A stretch of 64,000 nucleotides of DNA from Octopus vulgaris (taxonomy: Eukaryota), in the NCBI GenBank assembly GCA_951406725.2, contig OX597842.1, positions 13,144,001 to 13,208,000 of the forward strand. Direction: 5' to 3'. The notes beneath the pieces were generated by a model. The model had not been told where the DNA came from, did no database searches, and worked only from the letters and a program-made list of their open reading frames with translations. This document shows positions 1-42,844 of the stretch, in pieces; position 1 is the first letter of the stretch; each line of letters opens with the position of its first letter. The position numbers and the translations under genes are program-made.

Positions 1-372
1 TCCCTGGGTCGAGTTGCTCGATTAATGGCGGTGCTCTAGCGTGGCCGCAGTCAAATGACTGAAACAAGTAAAAGAGTAAAAAGCAATTAAACTCCAAACC
101 ACTAATAGTTGTAATTAGTTGTCGAAACTATGCATAGTCCAGGAAAGATAGGGTAGACGTTTTTATTTCTCTTTCCCTTTCAGAATTACAACTATTAGTG
201 GTTTGGAGTTTAACTGCTCTTTCTAGTGTGTCAGATATCCTATTATGGTCATCTCTTATGTGTTTAAATACATATATATATATATACACACAAATACAAC
301 ATACAAATACTTACATATACGAACGTATACATACATATACATATACGTTCGTATATGTAAGTATTCGTATGT

Positions 373-415
<43 letters not shown>

Positions 416-783
416 CATTCTGTGTATATTCCACTTTTGAGGCAAACCATTCCTAAATGCAAAGTCAGAAATCCGGGATCTGGGATTATCCAGTCATTTT
501 TTACTAGTTTTATCTCGCCTTTTTCTCTTCTCTCCGTGTTGCTATATGAACACTTAAGGTGGTTTTAGAGTCAGATCATGGCTGCTATTTTCAGCATGGC
601 GGTATCTCGTAGATACCCTAAGTTATGATATTAATAATTATTATCTTTGAAGGTTATATTTTCCATGCTGGCTACATGCTAAGATCATTATTTTATTTTA
701 AATTAATGATCTCATCCTTATTTATATATACATACACACACACACACATATACATACATACATACATACATACATACATACAT

Positions 784-860
<77 letters not shown>

Positions 861-948
861 CATAAATACATACATACATATACATATATTAGCTCAGGCG
901 GAGCTGTGTGATATGAAGCTTGCACGCAGAAACTGAAAGAATCCCGTC

Positions 949-987
<39 letters not shown>

Positions 988-1159
988 GTATATGTAAAGA
1001 ATGAAAGGCAGAGTCGATCCGAGCAGAATTTGAAGTTAAGTGTGAGTTAGAGCAAATGCTACAAATCATTGTTGCCGGTGCGGTTACGATTGTGCTAGTC
1101 TGTCACCCGACAGGCATATATGGATATGTGAACATATATATATATATATATACACATAC

Positions 1160-1250
<91 letters not shown>

Positions 1251-1621
1251 TAATCCAAACATGAAAACACAAAGAGAAAACACAACAACGCGAGGATGTG
1301 GAACAAATATAGTATTATTGGACGCTCAGGAAGGAAGGAAAGAAGGAGGGTTTAACGTTTCGAGCAGAGCTCTTCGCCAGAAACATAGGAAAAAGAAAGA
1401 TCCAAAGAAGGGATCTATATATATAGTTGAAATTTATAGAAAAACAATAGACGAAGACAGGGCTATGTACAATAAGCAGGTATGTTGGTTTGACGCCTTT
1501 ACGTTTCGAGCCTACGTTCTTTAACGGGAAGGAATAAGAGAAAACAAACAGAGAGAGAATAAAAAACTTGTGGATAAAGCGTCAAGCATGGCCACACACA
1601 CACACAAAATTATATATATAA

Positions 1622-1671
<50 letters not shown>

Positions 1672-1674
<3 letters not shown>

Positions 1675-1842
1675 CAATAATATGTTACATTACTCGATAG
1701 TCAAGATAAAACTCTGAGTTTCAGATGCCGAAGTGGGAATCCACGACATCTCTTCGGTTATCTGGCTATTTGAAAACGCTATCTAGCATCTGAAACTCAG
1801 AGTTTTATCTTGACTATCGGGTAATGTAACATATTGTTGTAT
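1672..1842. repeat. Inverted repeat (~57-bp arms, ~57-bp spacer)
   Basis: TATGTTACATTACTCGATAGTCAAGATAAAACTCTGAGTTTCAGATGC and its reverse complement at ~1786-1842. Confidence 0.85.
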
Positions 1843-1946
1843 AGATAAATTTCCTCTATTTACATAATATTGAGGTCTCTTTCTTTCTTTTGTTATCTTA
1901 CCGTTTTACCAATATATATATATATATATATATTCCTGTATTGCAG

Positions 1947-1999
1947 ATGGAGCATGAGTTATCAAACTTGACAGGAACATTCGAAGTTGCGTATTGTGG
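1947..1999 (+). CDS. Possible upstream exon of the adhesion GPCR (MEHELSNLTGTFEVAYCG)
   Basis: ttgcag acceptor, GTAAGC donor, one open frame in unique sequence. It ends in phase 2 while exon 8969 starts in phase 1, so an intervening exon or an alternative donor would be needed. Confidence 0.35.
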
Positions 2000-2387
2000 G
2001 TAAGCAAAATTAATACTTTTATTCAAATTTTGTTTATTTTTGGTGAAAATATTCCCGTGTTTATTTTTGCTGTATTAAATATTACAATAAGAATTCTGTA
2101 CCTGACATCCATAATACACAGGTTCATACGTTCAATGAAATGTTGAGCAGACTAATATAGATATATAGAGTACAAAACATGTGTGTGTGAATATATATGG
2201 AGATGCTTAGGTCGTCGTCGTTGTCGTCATCAACACCATCATTACCACCACCATCATCATCATCATCATAATCATCAGTTCATGTCCGCTCTCGACTCTG
2301 GCATTGGTTGGACGGTTTGAGAATAAAACGACAGCTCGGAGGTCTGCTTCGTATTCCGATCTCTGTTTTGACAAGGTTTCTACAGCT

Positions 2388-5248
2388 TTACAGCGTGTAC
2401 CTCACAACGTGTACCTTACAGCGTGTACCTTACAGCGTGTACCTTACAGCGTGTACCTTACATTGTGTACCTTACAACGTGTACCTTACAACGTGTACCT
2501 TACAGCGTGTACTTTACAGCGTGTACCTTACAGCGTGTACCTTACAGCGTGTACCTTACAACGTGTACCTTACAGCGTGTACCTTACAGCGTGTACATTA
2601 CAGCGTGTACCTTACAGCGTGTACCTTACAGCGTGTACCTTACAGCGTGTACCTTACAACGTGTACCTTACAGCGTGTACTTTACAGCGTGTACCTTACA
2701 GCGTGTACCTCACAACGTGTACCTTACAGCGTGTACCTTACAGCGTGTACCTTACAGCGTGTACCTTACAGCGTGTACCTTACAGCGTGTACCTTACAGC
2801 GTGTACATTACAGCGTGTACCTTACAGCGTGTACTTTACAGCGTGTACCTTACAGCGTGTACATTACAGCGTGTACCTTACAGCGTGTACCTTACAGCGT
2901 GTACCTTACAGCGTGTACATTACAGCGTGTACCTTACAGCGTGTACTTTACAGCGTGTACCTTACAGCGTGTACCTTACAGCGTGTACCTTACAGCGTGT
3001 ACCTTACAACGTGTACCTTACAGCGTGTACCTTACAGCGTGTACATTACAGCGTGTACCTTACAGCGTGTACCTTACAGCGTGTACATTACAGCGTGTAC
3101 CTCACAACGTGTACCTTACAGCGTGTACCTTACAGCGTGTACCTTACAGCGTGTACCTTACAGCGTGTACCTTACAGCGTGTACCTTACAGCGTGTACAT
3201 TACAGCGTGTACCTTACAGCGTGTACCTTACAGCGTGTACTTTACAGCGTGTACCTTACAGCGTGTACCTTACAGCGTGTACCTCAAAACGTGTACCTTA
3301 CAGCGTGTACCTTACAGCGTGTACCTTACAGCGTGTACCTTACAGCGTGTACTTTACAGCGTGTACCTTACAGCGTGTACTTTACAGCGTGTACCTTACA
3401 GCGTGTACCTTACAACGTGTACCTTACAGCGTGTACCTTACAGCGTGTACCTTACAGCGTACCTTACAGCGTGTACCTTACAGCGTGTACATTACAGCGT
3501 GTACCTTACAGCGTGTACCTTACAGCGTGTACCTTACAGCGTGTACCTTACAGCGTGTACATTACAGCGTGTACCTTACAGCGTGTACCTTACAGCGTGT
3601 ACTTTACAGCGTGTACCTTACAGCGTGTACCTCACAACGTGTACCTTACAGCGTGTACCTTACAGCGTGTACCTTACAGCGTGTACCTTACAGCGTGTAC
3701 CTTACAGCGTGTACCTTACAGCGTGTACATTACAGCGTGTACCTTACAGCGTGTACCTTACAGCGTGTACCTTACAGCGTGTACCTTACAGCGTGTACAT
3801 TACAGCGTGTACCTTACAGCGTGTACCTCACAACGTGTACCTTACAGCGTGTACCTTACAGCGTGTACATTACAGCGTGTACCTTACAGCGTGTACCTCA
3901 CAACGTGTACCTTACAGCGTGTACCTTACAGCGTGTACCTTACAGCGTGTACCTTACAGCGTGTACCTTACAGCGTGTACCTTACAGCGTGTACCTTACA
4001 GCGTGTACATTACAGCGTGTACCTTACAGCGTGTACCTTACAGCGTGTACGTTACAGCGTGTACCTTACAGCGTGTACCTTACAACGTGTACCTTACAGC
4101 GTGTACCTTACAGCGTCTACATTACAGCGTGTACCTTACAGCGTGTACCTTACAGCGTGTACTTTACAGCGTGTACCTTACAGCGTGTACCTTACAACGT
4201 GTACCTTACAGCGTGTACCTTACAGCGTGTACCTTACAGCGTGTACCTTACAGCGTGTACCTTACAGCGTGTACATCACAGCGTGTACCTTACAGCGTGT
4301 ACCTTACAGCGTGTACCTTACAGCGTGTACATTACAGCGTGTACCTTACAGCGTGTACCTTACAGCGTGTACTTTACAGCGTGTACCTTACAGCGTGTAC
4401 CTCACAACGTGTACCTTACAGCGTGTACCTTACAGCGTGTACCTTACAGCGTGTACCTTACAGCGTGTACCTTACAGCGTGTACATTACAGCGTGTACCT
4501 TACAGCGTGTACCTTACAGCGTGTACCTTACAGCGTGTACCTTACAGCGTGTACCTTACAGCGTGTACCTTACAGCGTGTACCTTACAGCGTGTACCTTA
4601 CAGCGTGTACCTTACAGCGTGTACCTTACAGCGTGTACCTTACAGCGTGTACCTTACAGCGTGTACCTTACAGCGTGTACCTTACAGCGTGTACATTACA
4701 GCGTGTACCTTACAGCGTGTACCTTACAGCGTGTACCTTACAGCGTGTACCTTACAGCGTGTACCTTACAGCGTGTACCTTACAGCGTGTACTTACACGT
4801 GTACCTTACAGCGTGTACCTTACAGCGTGTACCTTACAGCGTGTACCTTACAGCGTGTACCTTACAGCGTGTACCTTACAGCGTGTACTTTACAGCGTGT
4901 ACCTTACAGCGTGTACCTTACAACGTGTACGTGTACCTTACAGCGTGTACCTTACAGCGTGTACCTTACAGCGTGTACCTTACAGCGTGTACCTTACAGC
5001 GTGTACCTTACAGCGTGTACTTTACAGCGTGTACCTTACAGCGTGTACCTTACAACGTGTACCTTACAGCGTGTACCTTACAGCGTGTACCTTACAGCGT
5101 GTACCTTACAGCGTGTACCTTACAGCGTGTACCTTACAGCGTGTACCTTACAGCGTGTACCTTACAGCGTATAAACGTGTACCTTACAGCGTGTACCTTA
5201 CAGCGTGTACCTTACAGCGTACCTTACAGCGTACCTTACAGCGTGTAT
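2388..5248. repeat. 14-bp tandem satellite (TTACAGCGTGTACC)n, about 200 copies
   Basis: Directly visible; explains the three 940-980 aa ORFs. Confidence 0.97.
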
Positions 5249-5449
5249 AAATAAAGAATATGTAGTAAATAAACAAACGAGCATAGTGTATTTAGTATGT
5301 GTTTGTTTGTTTATTTACTACACGTCTTTTTAAGAATAAGACATGTCTAATTTTCCGTTGTCTTCTTATAATCCTGAAAATGTTATGTAACGTACGCACG
5401 TCTCAATATTTACCTATACACACACTCATGCATATATATTTATATATAT

Positions 5450-6300
<851 letters not shown>

Positions 6301-8968
6301 ATATGGTGAGTGTCATTGAAACTAATTACATTTTGTAATATCTTTTAAAATCCTATTTCAGTTCTGAAAACAATAGCGGAGTATTTACTATTAATTGCAC
6401 AGTATCACTTATATTTACTAAAGACCAAATTTTCAAACAAGTTTCCGAAACTTTTAAGACATCACAGACTTTGCGTGATTTGGGATTGCAACAAGGGAAC
6501 ACGGAGTTATTTGATGAAAGTAAGTAGAGTGTTTCGTGTCGTTTCTATCATCATGACAATCATCAGTGATGTTATCATCACCATCATCATCTTCATTGTC
6601 GTCGTTGTCGTCACCCTCAGCATCATCGTAAATAGGTGATGATATTACACATACATACACACGCGCGCACGCTTACCATTTTTGAAATCCAAATGACATT
6701 CCATAAATCAAGAATTTATTTTGCTATTTTCTTCGTTGTTTGTTTGCTCCTTTTAATTTTAATTACACAAATTAGTTCAGGCCATAAACGTTTTCTACTT
6801 ATTCTGCATACGTCTAATTCTTAAAGAATTAAGGTAAGACAATGCTGTGCTAATGACGCTTATGAAGGCAGAAACACGTTCCACATTTGTCCTATTGTTT
6901 TGCTTAATGACATGTTAATTCATGAGAATTCTAGCTTTTCTTGGGAGACCAGTGTCCATGATTCTTTCACAAGACCTTCAATCGTGGTAGGCAGGAGAGA
7001 AAGGGAGATACCATCAAACTAAAGATGTGCTCTAAATAATTACAACAGATATTTCTCTTCCACTAATGACATCCACACTGTCAAGTGCTGGCATTAAATT
7101 GGCTGATGTTTTGCTTCTACCAACGAAGGAGGCCATGCTAGGATTTGAACTCAGAAAGTATAGTGCCGGAAGAAGTAAGGCAAAGTAACCTGTCTCAGTC
7201 CCATTGCATGGAATCTTGGGAAAGTGTCTTTTTCCCCACTGCCCTGAACTGGTACTTTTTATTATCCTGGAAAGAATGAAGGGTGAATGGGCCTCAGCCG
7301 GGTTTGAACACAGAGCTTTAAAATTCGGAACAAATACCAAGAAGCATTTTGCCGGACGTGCTATCAACTCTGCCAATCACTGTCTTCAGGTTTCTTGGGT
7401 TATCTCCCCTGTTGATTTGGAGTCGAAATCGTTGCTAGATGTTTATTTAGCTAATTTTGAATCGAGGCTTAATTCAGTAAATCAATAATCTATATAGTGT
7501 AATATTTAAAATGCATATTCTCGATAACTTTCTTCATGTTTGCAGTCTGAATTCGTGGCTGTTGCCATTCTCAGATGCTCTCTTGAAACAATTTCCAATG
7601 ATGACGTATCCCTTCTTCATACGTTCGGGAACAATCAAGCTTGGATATCTAATCACTCGTCATCGGAGAACACAATCTTTCTGTACATAATGTGCTTTTT
7701 AAAACATAGGTGATTCCCCGGTTCAAGGGAATCTAGTTGTGTCTCCCCTCAGATTAAACAACTTTCTCGGTGCGTGCTGGTGTCCGTCAAACAGACATCT
7801 CTGAAGAGCAACGAGAATCCAAGGAATAACAAATTTGTCCATTCTTAATACATTCCACCAGAATCACTTGTAATATTATATCTTTAGCCAGATTTATGTG
7901 GCAACAATTAAAAGAGAAAGTAAGGTCATACATTCTGACCCCCACAACTAATAGAAGTAGAAGCAGGCTGCGCTTAGCTGAAAGATTTACACAATTCAGG
8001 GGTTTCATAAATATAAAAATGTGAAATTATTGGATCCCTACCCTCACGAGCATAAAACCATTTGGTGATGTGATCATATCAATTTTGAACTAGAAAACAG
8101 AACTGACACGATTCCCCCTTAGCAAACAGGAATCCCCCCCCAAAAAAAAAACCTTTTACGCAATTTCGAATAATGATGTAATTTTACATGCATACATACA
8201 CGCACACAAATGCACACACACTTACACACGTACATACAATCACACAAACACACACACATAAATAGGGTTAAGATCGAAGCTGCATCCTCTTTCACCACAT
8301 CTGCTTATTCCATTTTTGGGATTCAGTTTGTAGTTGTTATTTCTATGTGAGATCCATATTAGAGTTAAAATTACAAGGACTGTTGCTTGTAGAGTTATTT
8401 GGATGGGATTTTGTGCTTCTGAAAAGGTCCAAGAATTGGGACCCGGACTGAAGAAGTATTTTGACTGCAAATGGAACTATGTTCAAAAACAAACATATTT
8501 GGTCACATTCCGTGAGAGTATATTGGTCACCCCATCGGCTTTTCTGCGCATTTTCTTTCAATGTCTACCTTCAAATCATCGCCTGTTTCCCGTTTTGTAC
8601 TGTAAAAACTTTTACCTTTTAAATATCCCCATAAAAAGGAGTCTTAAATATCCCCATAAAAAGGAGTCTTATGATGTGAGTTCAGGTGAATGCAGACTGT
8701 ATTCTGTTGAAATTATCATTTGAGATCCCTATTAGAGTTAAAAATACAAGGACTGTTGCTTGTAGAGTTATTTTATATATAAAAACATGACGTTCCGAAG
8801 ATGGTTTGCTAATATGTATTCACCATTACACGTTTCGTTTGATTCTCTCTGTAATAGGATATTTCTCACATGCTTATCAAGCATATGTTTGCATTTTCCG
8901 GTATATAAAACACAGCTATAAATTCTCTAATATATATTTCATATTAACATATCTTATTTGTTTTTCAG

Positions 8969-36759
<27,791 letters not shown>

Positions 36760-37991
36760 ATGGAAATATAAAAACAAAAGTCTGTAAATTGACAGAAAAA
36801 AGAAACATTGATGAGAATAATAACGACGATACTCCACCAAATATATCATCTACCTTGGATTATAAGAATTAAAACATTAATGGTAGATGAAAACTTTCAA
36901 ATTAACATTCCTCAAAACCGTCAGATCATGAAAGGACCAGGTAAAAGTAATGACAAAAATTATATAAAATAGTAGAAACCAGCGGAAATTCTGTAGGTTT
37001 CTCTACTAAACATAGTTACATATAAACAATTTTCTCAATTCAGACTGTTCCTTCCAAAAATATTTTCCGTTTTAGAAGAAGAAGCCCAGTAATTGAAAAG
37101 AGCCAATATATATTATTTTCATTAATAACTGTTGCTTAAATTAAAATACACATCGGAACATAATTAATGAAAACAACTTATTCAGTTTTCCTGGGTTATA
37201 GTTTCATTTGTTTGTACATCTTTTCACTTCGCACCGTTTTTACGATATCTTATTGCACTCGTAAGGAAAAGTATATTTTCTGGGCTAAGTATTTCATTTA
37301 AATAAAAGAATACTTCGTTTTTGGATTTGGTTTGCATTTAAATAAAATAATACTGAGATGCAGTACGGAGTTTTGTCAGTGGAGAGGTCGCGGATTTTAG
37401 CGACGAAAATATTTTGACAACTTAAACTTAAATGTTGAAGTGAATCGAACGGCTTTTGTGTGTTTCTTAAATGGCTTACTAACAACTTCCACGCTGCAAT
37501 TGTTATCGTTCAAGCACACGATCTCAGATCATATCACTTGCTATGCAAGTACATCTCCGTAAAATAATACTGTTTATTTAATAAAATGAGAAAACATTAT
37601 CGTCAGTAAAATGGTTCTCCTTCCAAATGAAGTTTCTGGCGCATGACACGGAAAGTAATGAACGAAAGTATAATTATATAAAAATAAAGATTTTATCAAC
37701 AACACAGTCATCACTATGATGGGATAGATACATTAACATCAGAACAGAATATACATACATGAAAGAAAGTGTATAACATTCAGGATATGTATATTTGTAT
37801 AACCTATGATAGTGTGAAGATAGTCTCCGCGTGTGTACCGTTGGTGATTTTTTTCCCTCTGTCTTCCCTTCTCTGGATCTTTCCTTCTATGTTTCCGACG
37901 AAGAGCTCAGCTCGAAACGTTAAACCCTCCTTCTTTCCTTTTTTCTTGAGCGTCCAATAATACTATGTTTTTTGTGCTTTCTTGTTTGGAT

Positions 37992-38039
<48 letters not shown>

Positions 38040-38040
<1 letters not shown>

Positions 38041-41000
38041 TAGCAGTATCGCCCGGCGTTGCTCGGGTTGTAAGGGAAATAACTATTTAAGCATTTTTAG
38101 AGAGTTATAGCAAAAAAATAGCAAAAAAATGCATTAAAAATTGAAAAAAAATTAAGGTAAATTTTTTTTTAAATCGTTGACACATCGTAGATATTTTTAG
38201 AGAGTTACTTCCCTTATATAAAAGCGAAAAAAATGCATTAAAATGGAAAAATATGATGGTAATTTTTTTTTAAATCGTAGACTCATCGTAGACGCGCGCT
38301 AATACCCTGAAGGGCTCGATATGAATCACGACTATAAGATACCCGCTTTTGGTTAAACTGCACCGCAAAATGTGGGAGTAGTTAGGAATCTAAATCGTAG
38401 GAGACAGACACACAACTTCACTCTTATATAAAGATGCTTTTTTTTTCAGTCATAGAGTTAGATTTATGAAGGTCTTCAGTAGAAAATCCTTCGAATTCTG
38501 ACTCGCTGCTTGATATAATGAAATTCGTATCCATTTTTTGTCAGAATTACAAATTTTGAAAACACAATAGGAACAAATTTCGGAAAAAAATCTCCCATAA
38601 TTCACGGAATTAAAATTACACTTCGATTTTTGTACAAAACTGTAGTTGAAGTGTTTACGAAGTATAATACGTGTTTTCACGAATGTACTAAAGAGATTTA
38701 CTCTGATATTCTCATTTAAATATGAATAGGTAAATTCGGGCGGTTTGGTAACGAAAGGGTTAAACGGATGCATACATTTATTAATAACTATATATAAGTG
38801 TCGTCTGTTTATACATAAACACTGTTTCATACTTTCAGTTTAGTGTTCCTCAAATCACTCTGTCGCTATTTACTCTCTTCCAAGAACATTTTCACTCACT
38901 CTTATCTCTTAGCTTGCCATACATTTTACTCATGTATCTATCAGCGTGATAGACAGAAACAAATATTACATCGCCATCGCATTCACGTCTGTTTATACAT
39001 AAACACTGTTTCATACTTTCAGTTTAGTCTTCCTCAAATCACTCTGTCGCTATTTACTCTCTTCCAAGAACATTTTCACTCACTCTTATCTCTTAGCTTG
39101 CCACACATTTTACTGATGTATCTATCAGCGTGATAGACAGAAACAAATATTACATCGCCATCGCATTCTATTGTCTACCTGTCAACACACACACAGTGAA
39201 TTAGTTTCATTTTATTCGTTGCACACTGTGTGTGTGCGTTTGCGTGTGCTGTAAACCAGACTAAGAAAAGCATTTGACATACACACCGGAATGTGAGTTT
39301 TCTCTAAATTTTGCTTAATTGGAGTTTAAATTTTAAAAACTGGACCTGGCATGACCCGATGCATTCTACTCTTAAAAATGCTAGGTAAATTGTAATTGAA
39401 GAAATCCTATATTGTAGATTTCTATAAGTGACAAAGGGAGGCAGATAAAATCTGCCTTTTATAATAATACTAGCAGTATCGCCCGGCGTTGCTCGGGTTG
39501 TAAGGGAAATAACTATATAAGCATTTTTAGAGAGTTATAGCAAAAAAATAGCAAAAAATGCATTAAAAATTGAAAAAAAATTAAGGTAAATTTTTTTTTA
39601 AATCGTTGACACATCGTAGATATTTTTAGAGAGTTACTTCCCTTATATAAAAGCGAAAAAAATGCATTAAAATGGAAAAATATGATGGTAAATTTTTTTT
39701 AAATCGTAGACTCATCGTAGACGCGCGCTAATACCCAGAAGGGCTCGATATGAATCACGACTATAAGATACCCGCTTTTGGTTAAACTGCACCGCAAAAT
39801 GTGGGAGTAGTTAGGAATCTAAATCGTAGGAGACAGACACACAACTTCACTCTTATATAAAGATGCTTTTTTTTTCAGTCATAGAGTTAGATTTATGAAG
39901 GTCTTCAGTAGAAAATCCTTCGAATTCTGACTCGCTGCTTGATATAATGAAATTCGTATCCATTTTTTGTCAGAATTACAAATTTTGAAAACACAATAGG
40001 AACAAATTTCGGAAAAAAATCTCCCATAATTCACGGAATTAAAATTACACTTCGATTTTTGTACAAAACTGTAGTTGAAGTGTTTACGAAGTATAATACG
40101 TGTTTTCACGAATGTACTAAAGAGATTTGCTCTGATATTCTCATTTAAATATGAATAGGTAAATTCGGGCGGTTTGGTAGCGAAAGGGTTAAACGGATGC
40201 ATACATTTATTAATCTCTTATTATAATAACTATATATAAGTGTCGTCTGTTTATACATAAACACTGTTTCATACTGCAATTATATATACATATATCTATA
40301 TATAATATTATATAATAAAATATATACAGAGTAAAATAAAAACCAATTTACCTTTTCTGTATTGTTATAGCAATTCCACCGTCCGTGTGTTTTGCAAATG
40401 TGTTGGAATGATAAGTGAGTTGTGTTTTGGCGCCTTTTTTACTAATAACAAACACACACGTGTTTGTATGTAGTTGTTTGAAACGTTTGTGTTTGCCACT
40501 CTCAAATATATGTATGTGTATGCGTGTGTGTGAGGAATGACACACACACACTCACGCACACACTCATGTACATCAATGTTTTCGGAGTGATATGTTACAA
40601 TATTGAGTTTTCTCGAATTTTGTCTTAATTGGTGGTAAAATTGAAAGAAATTTTTTATGGCATCACCCACTGAAGTACTCTGAAAAATCATGGGTACACT
40701 CTAATTGAAGAAATTGTGTGAGGAGTAAATCGTTATGTATTTATTTGTTTCTGTTTGCTGTGTTTTTTATTTTTTGAGTAGTGGTTTAAATACTTTCAGT
40801 TTAGTCTTCCTCAAATCACTCTGTCGCTATTTACTTTCATTTTATTCGTTGCACACTGTGTGTGTGCGTGTGCGTGTGGTGTAAACCACATTAAGAAAAG
40901 CATTTGACATACACACCAGAATGTGAGTTTTCTGTAAATTTTGCTTAATTGGAGTTTGAATTTTAAAATCTGGACCTGGCATGACCCGATGCATTCTACT

Positions 41001-41096
41001 CTTAAAAATGCTAGGTAAATTGTAATTGAAGAAATCCTATATTGTAGATTTCTATAACTTACAAAGGGAGGCAGATAAAATCTGCCTTTTATAATA

Positions 41097-41099
<3 letters not shown>
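38040..41099 (-). mobile_element. Composite tandem Helitron (units 38040-39469 and 39470-41099; short cores at 38040-38434 and 39470-39863)
   Basis: TC..CTAG termini, hairpin CCCGAGC-AAC-GCCGGG, A|T insertion in (TA)n; empty (TA)n site in the paralog at ~53787-53811. Confidence 0.85.
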
Positions 41100-41133
<34 letters not shown>

Positions 41134-41643
41134 ATCCAAACATGAAAACACAAAGAGAAAACACAACAACGCGAGGATGTGGAACAAATATAGTATTATT
41201 GGACGCTCAGGAAAGAAGGAAAGAAGGAGGGTTTAATGTTTCGAGCGGAGCTCCTCGTCGGAAACTTAGGAGATGGAAAGATCCAGAGGTGGGAATATAT
41301 ATATGTATATGTAAAAGTTCCAAAAGGGGAAATATGCTCCTCTTGTTGTGATGTAAAACATCCAATTTGCACTGGTTAACTGTACAATGCCCAATATATA
41401 ATAGTTAGCAGAAACATTTCTTCAATAGAAATCGATAAGTATTCATAAGTATCGTTGTCTATTGACAACGATAAAAGGAAAATGGTGAGTTCAAATTGGC
41501 ATATGTTAATTTATGAACATATATCAGTTTGACCTCGCCATTTTGCTCTTATATGTATATATATATTTATTTATTTATTTATTATTATTATTTTATTTAT
41601 TTATTTATTTATTTAATATATTTAAATAAATAAAATAAAAATA

Positions 41644-41680
<37 letters not shown>

Positions 41681-41862
41681 AAAATTTATAAGTTTAAACT
41701 ATTTAAATAATATTTAAAAATTTTAACTTTAATTTAAAAATTTTAATTTGGAATTTTATATTTTCTACTTTATATTTTTATACATTTAAAAAAATTTTAT
41801 TTCTATGTATTGGCTTATGATTTTCACTATTTGATTTGCTTAATAGGGGTTTTATAACTAAT

Positions 41863-41903
<41 letters not shown>

Positions 41904-42069
41904 GCGCAAGAGTGGATATGTGGAAAGTAACTTGCTTACCAACCACATGGTTCTGGGTTCAGTACCACTGCGTGGCACCTTCGGCAAGTGTCTTCTACTA
42001 TAGCCATGGGCTGACCAAAGCCTTGTGAGTGGATTTGGTAGACGGAAACTGAATGAAGCCTGTCGTATG

Positions 42070-42106
<37 letters not shown>

Positions 42107-42159
42107 ATATGTATGTATGTAAGTGTTTGTGTGTCTGTGTTTCCATCAACCCCCCACGC

Positions 42160-42630
42160 ATATAAGCTATTGGGAAAGACTCAAGAGATTGAGACTCTAT
42201 TCCTTAGAGCGTAGGTGAGAATGATATGCCATAATATACATCTGGAAGATCCTAGAATGACTTTCCCAAACTTCGGCTCCAAATTTGCCATCAAGATGTA
42301 GGACAAGATACTGTGATAGCCTGGGCTTCCGAGGCCCACAGCTCTTCAATATCCTCCCGAAGAAACTGAGAGACCTGCATGGGGTGGATGCAGATGTCTT
42401 TAAAATAAAACTGGATCTCTTCCAGTCAGGTGTCCCAGATGAACCAACTTCACGGCAGGAGGTGCAGATGAGAGAGAATGATATAAATGAAATGTCTGCC
42501 ATTTGGGCATCGAACTCTCTCATGCAACAGATGGCAATTGCTAAAAGGCATTCGTGAAGTAAAATCATGTAGCAACACCAAATGGCGGTGCCCCAGCATG
42601 GCCACAGCTTGTGAGCTGAAACTAGATAAA
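42160..42630 (+). mobile_element. CR1-like LINE 3' fragment
   Basis: RGPQLFNILPKKLRDL..FKIKLDLF..VPDEP, typical of an ORF2 C-terminus. Confidence 0.7.
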
Positions 42631-42687
42631 AAAAACTATATATATATATATTTATACATGTATATATATATATGCATATATGTGCGT

Positions 42688-42718
<31 letters not shown>

Positions 42719-42794
42719 CACACACACACACTTGTACACACACATGACTATATTTTATATCATTCTCTCTCTCTGTCTCTCTCTCTGTCTCTCT

Positions 42795-42844
<50 letters not shown>

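Noticed and set aside
184-265. Possible exon after a strong polypyrimidine/CAG acceptor (LQLLVVWSLTALSSVSDILLW..)
   Set aside because: No convincing donor and no recognisable domain; cannot be linked to the gene from sequence alone.
2388-5248. CRISPR-like array
   Set aside because: Contiguous tandem units with no unique spacers, no cas genes, eukaryotic context.
2304-5254. Three 940-980 aa ORFs
   Set aside because: Translations of a stop-free 14-bp satellite; same repeating peptide in all frames.
7546-7712. Possible missing exon between 1999 and 8969
   Set aside because: AG acceptor and short open frames exist, but no clear donor or domain motif fixes the phases.
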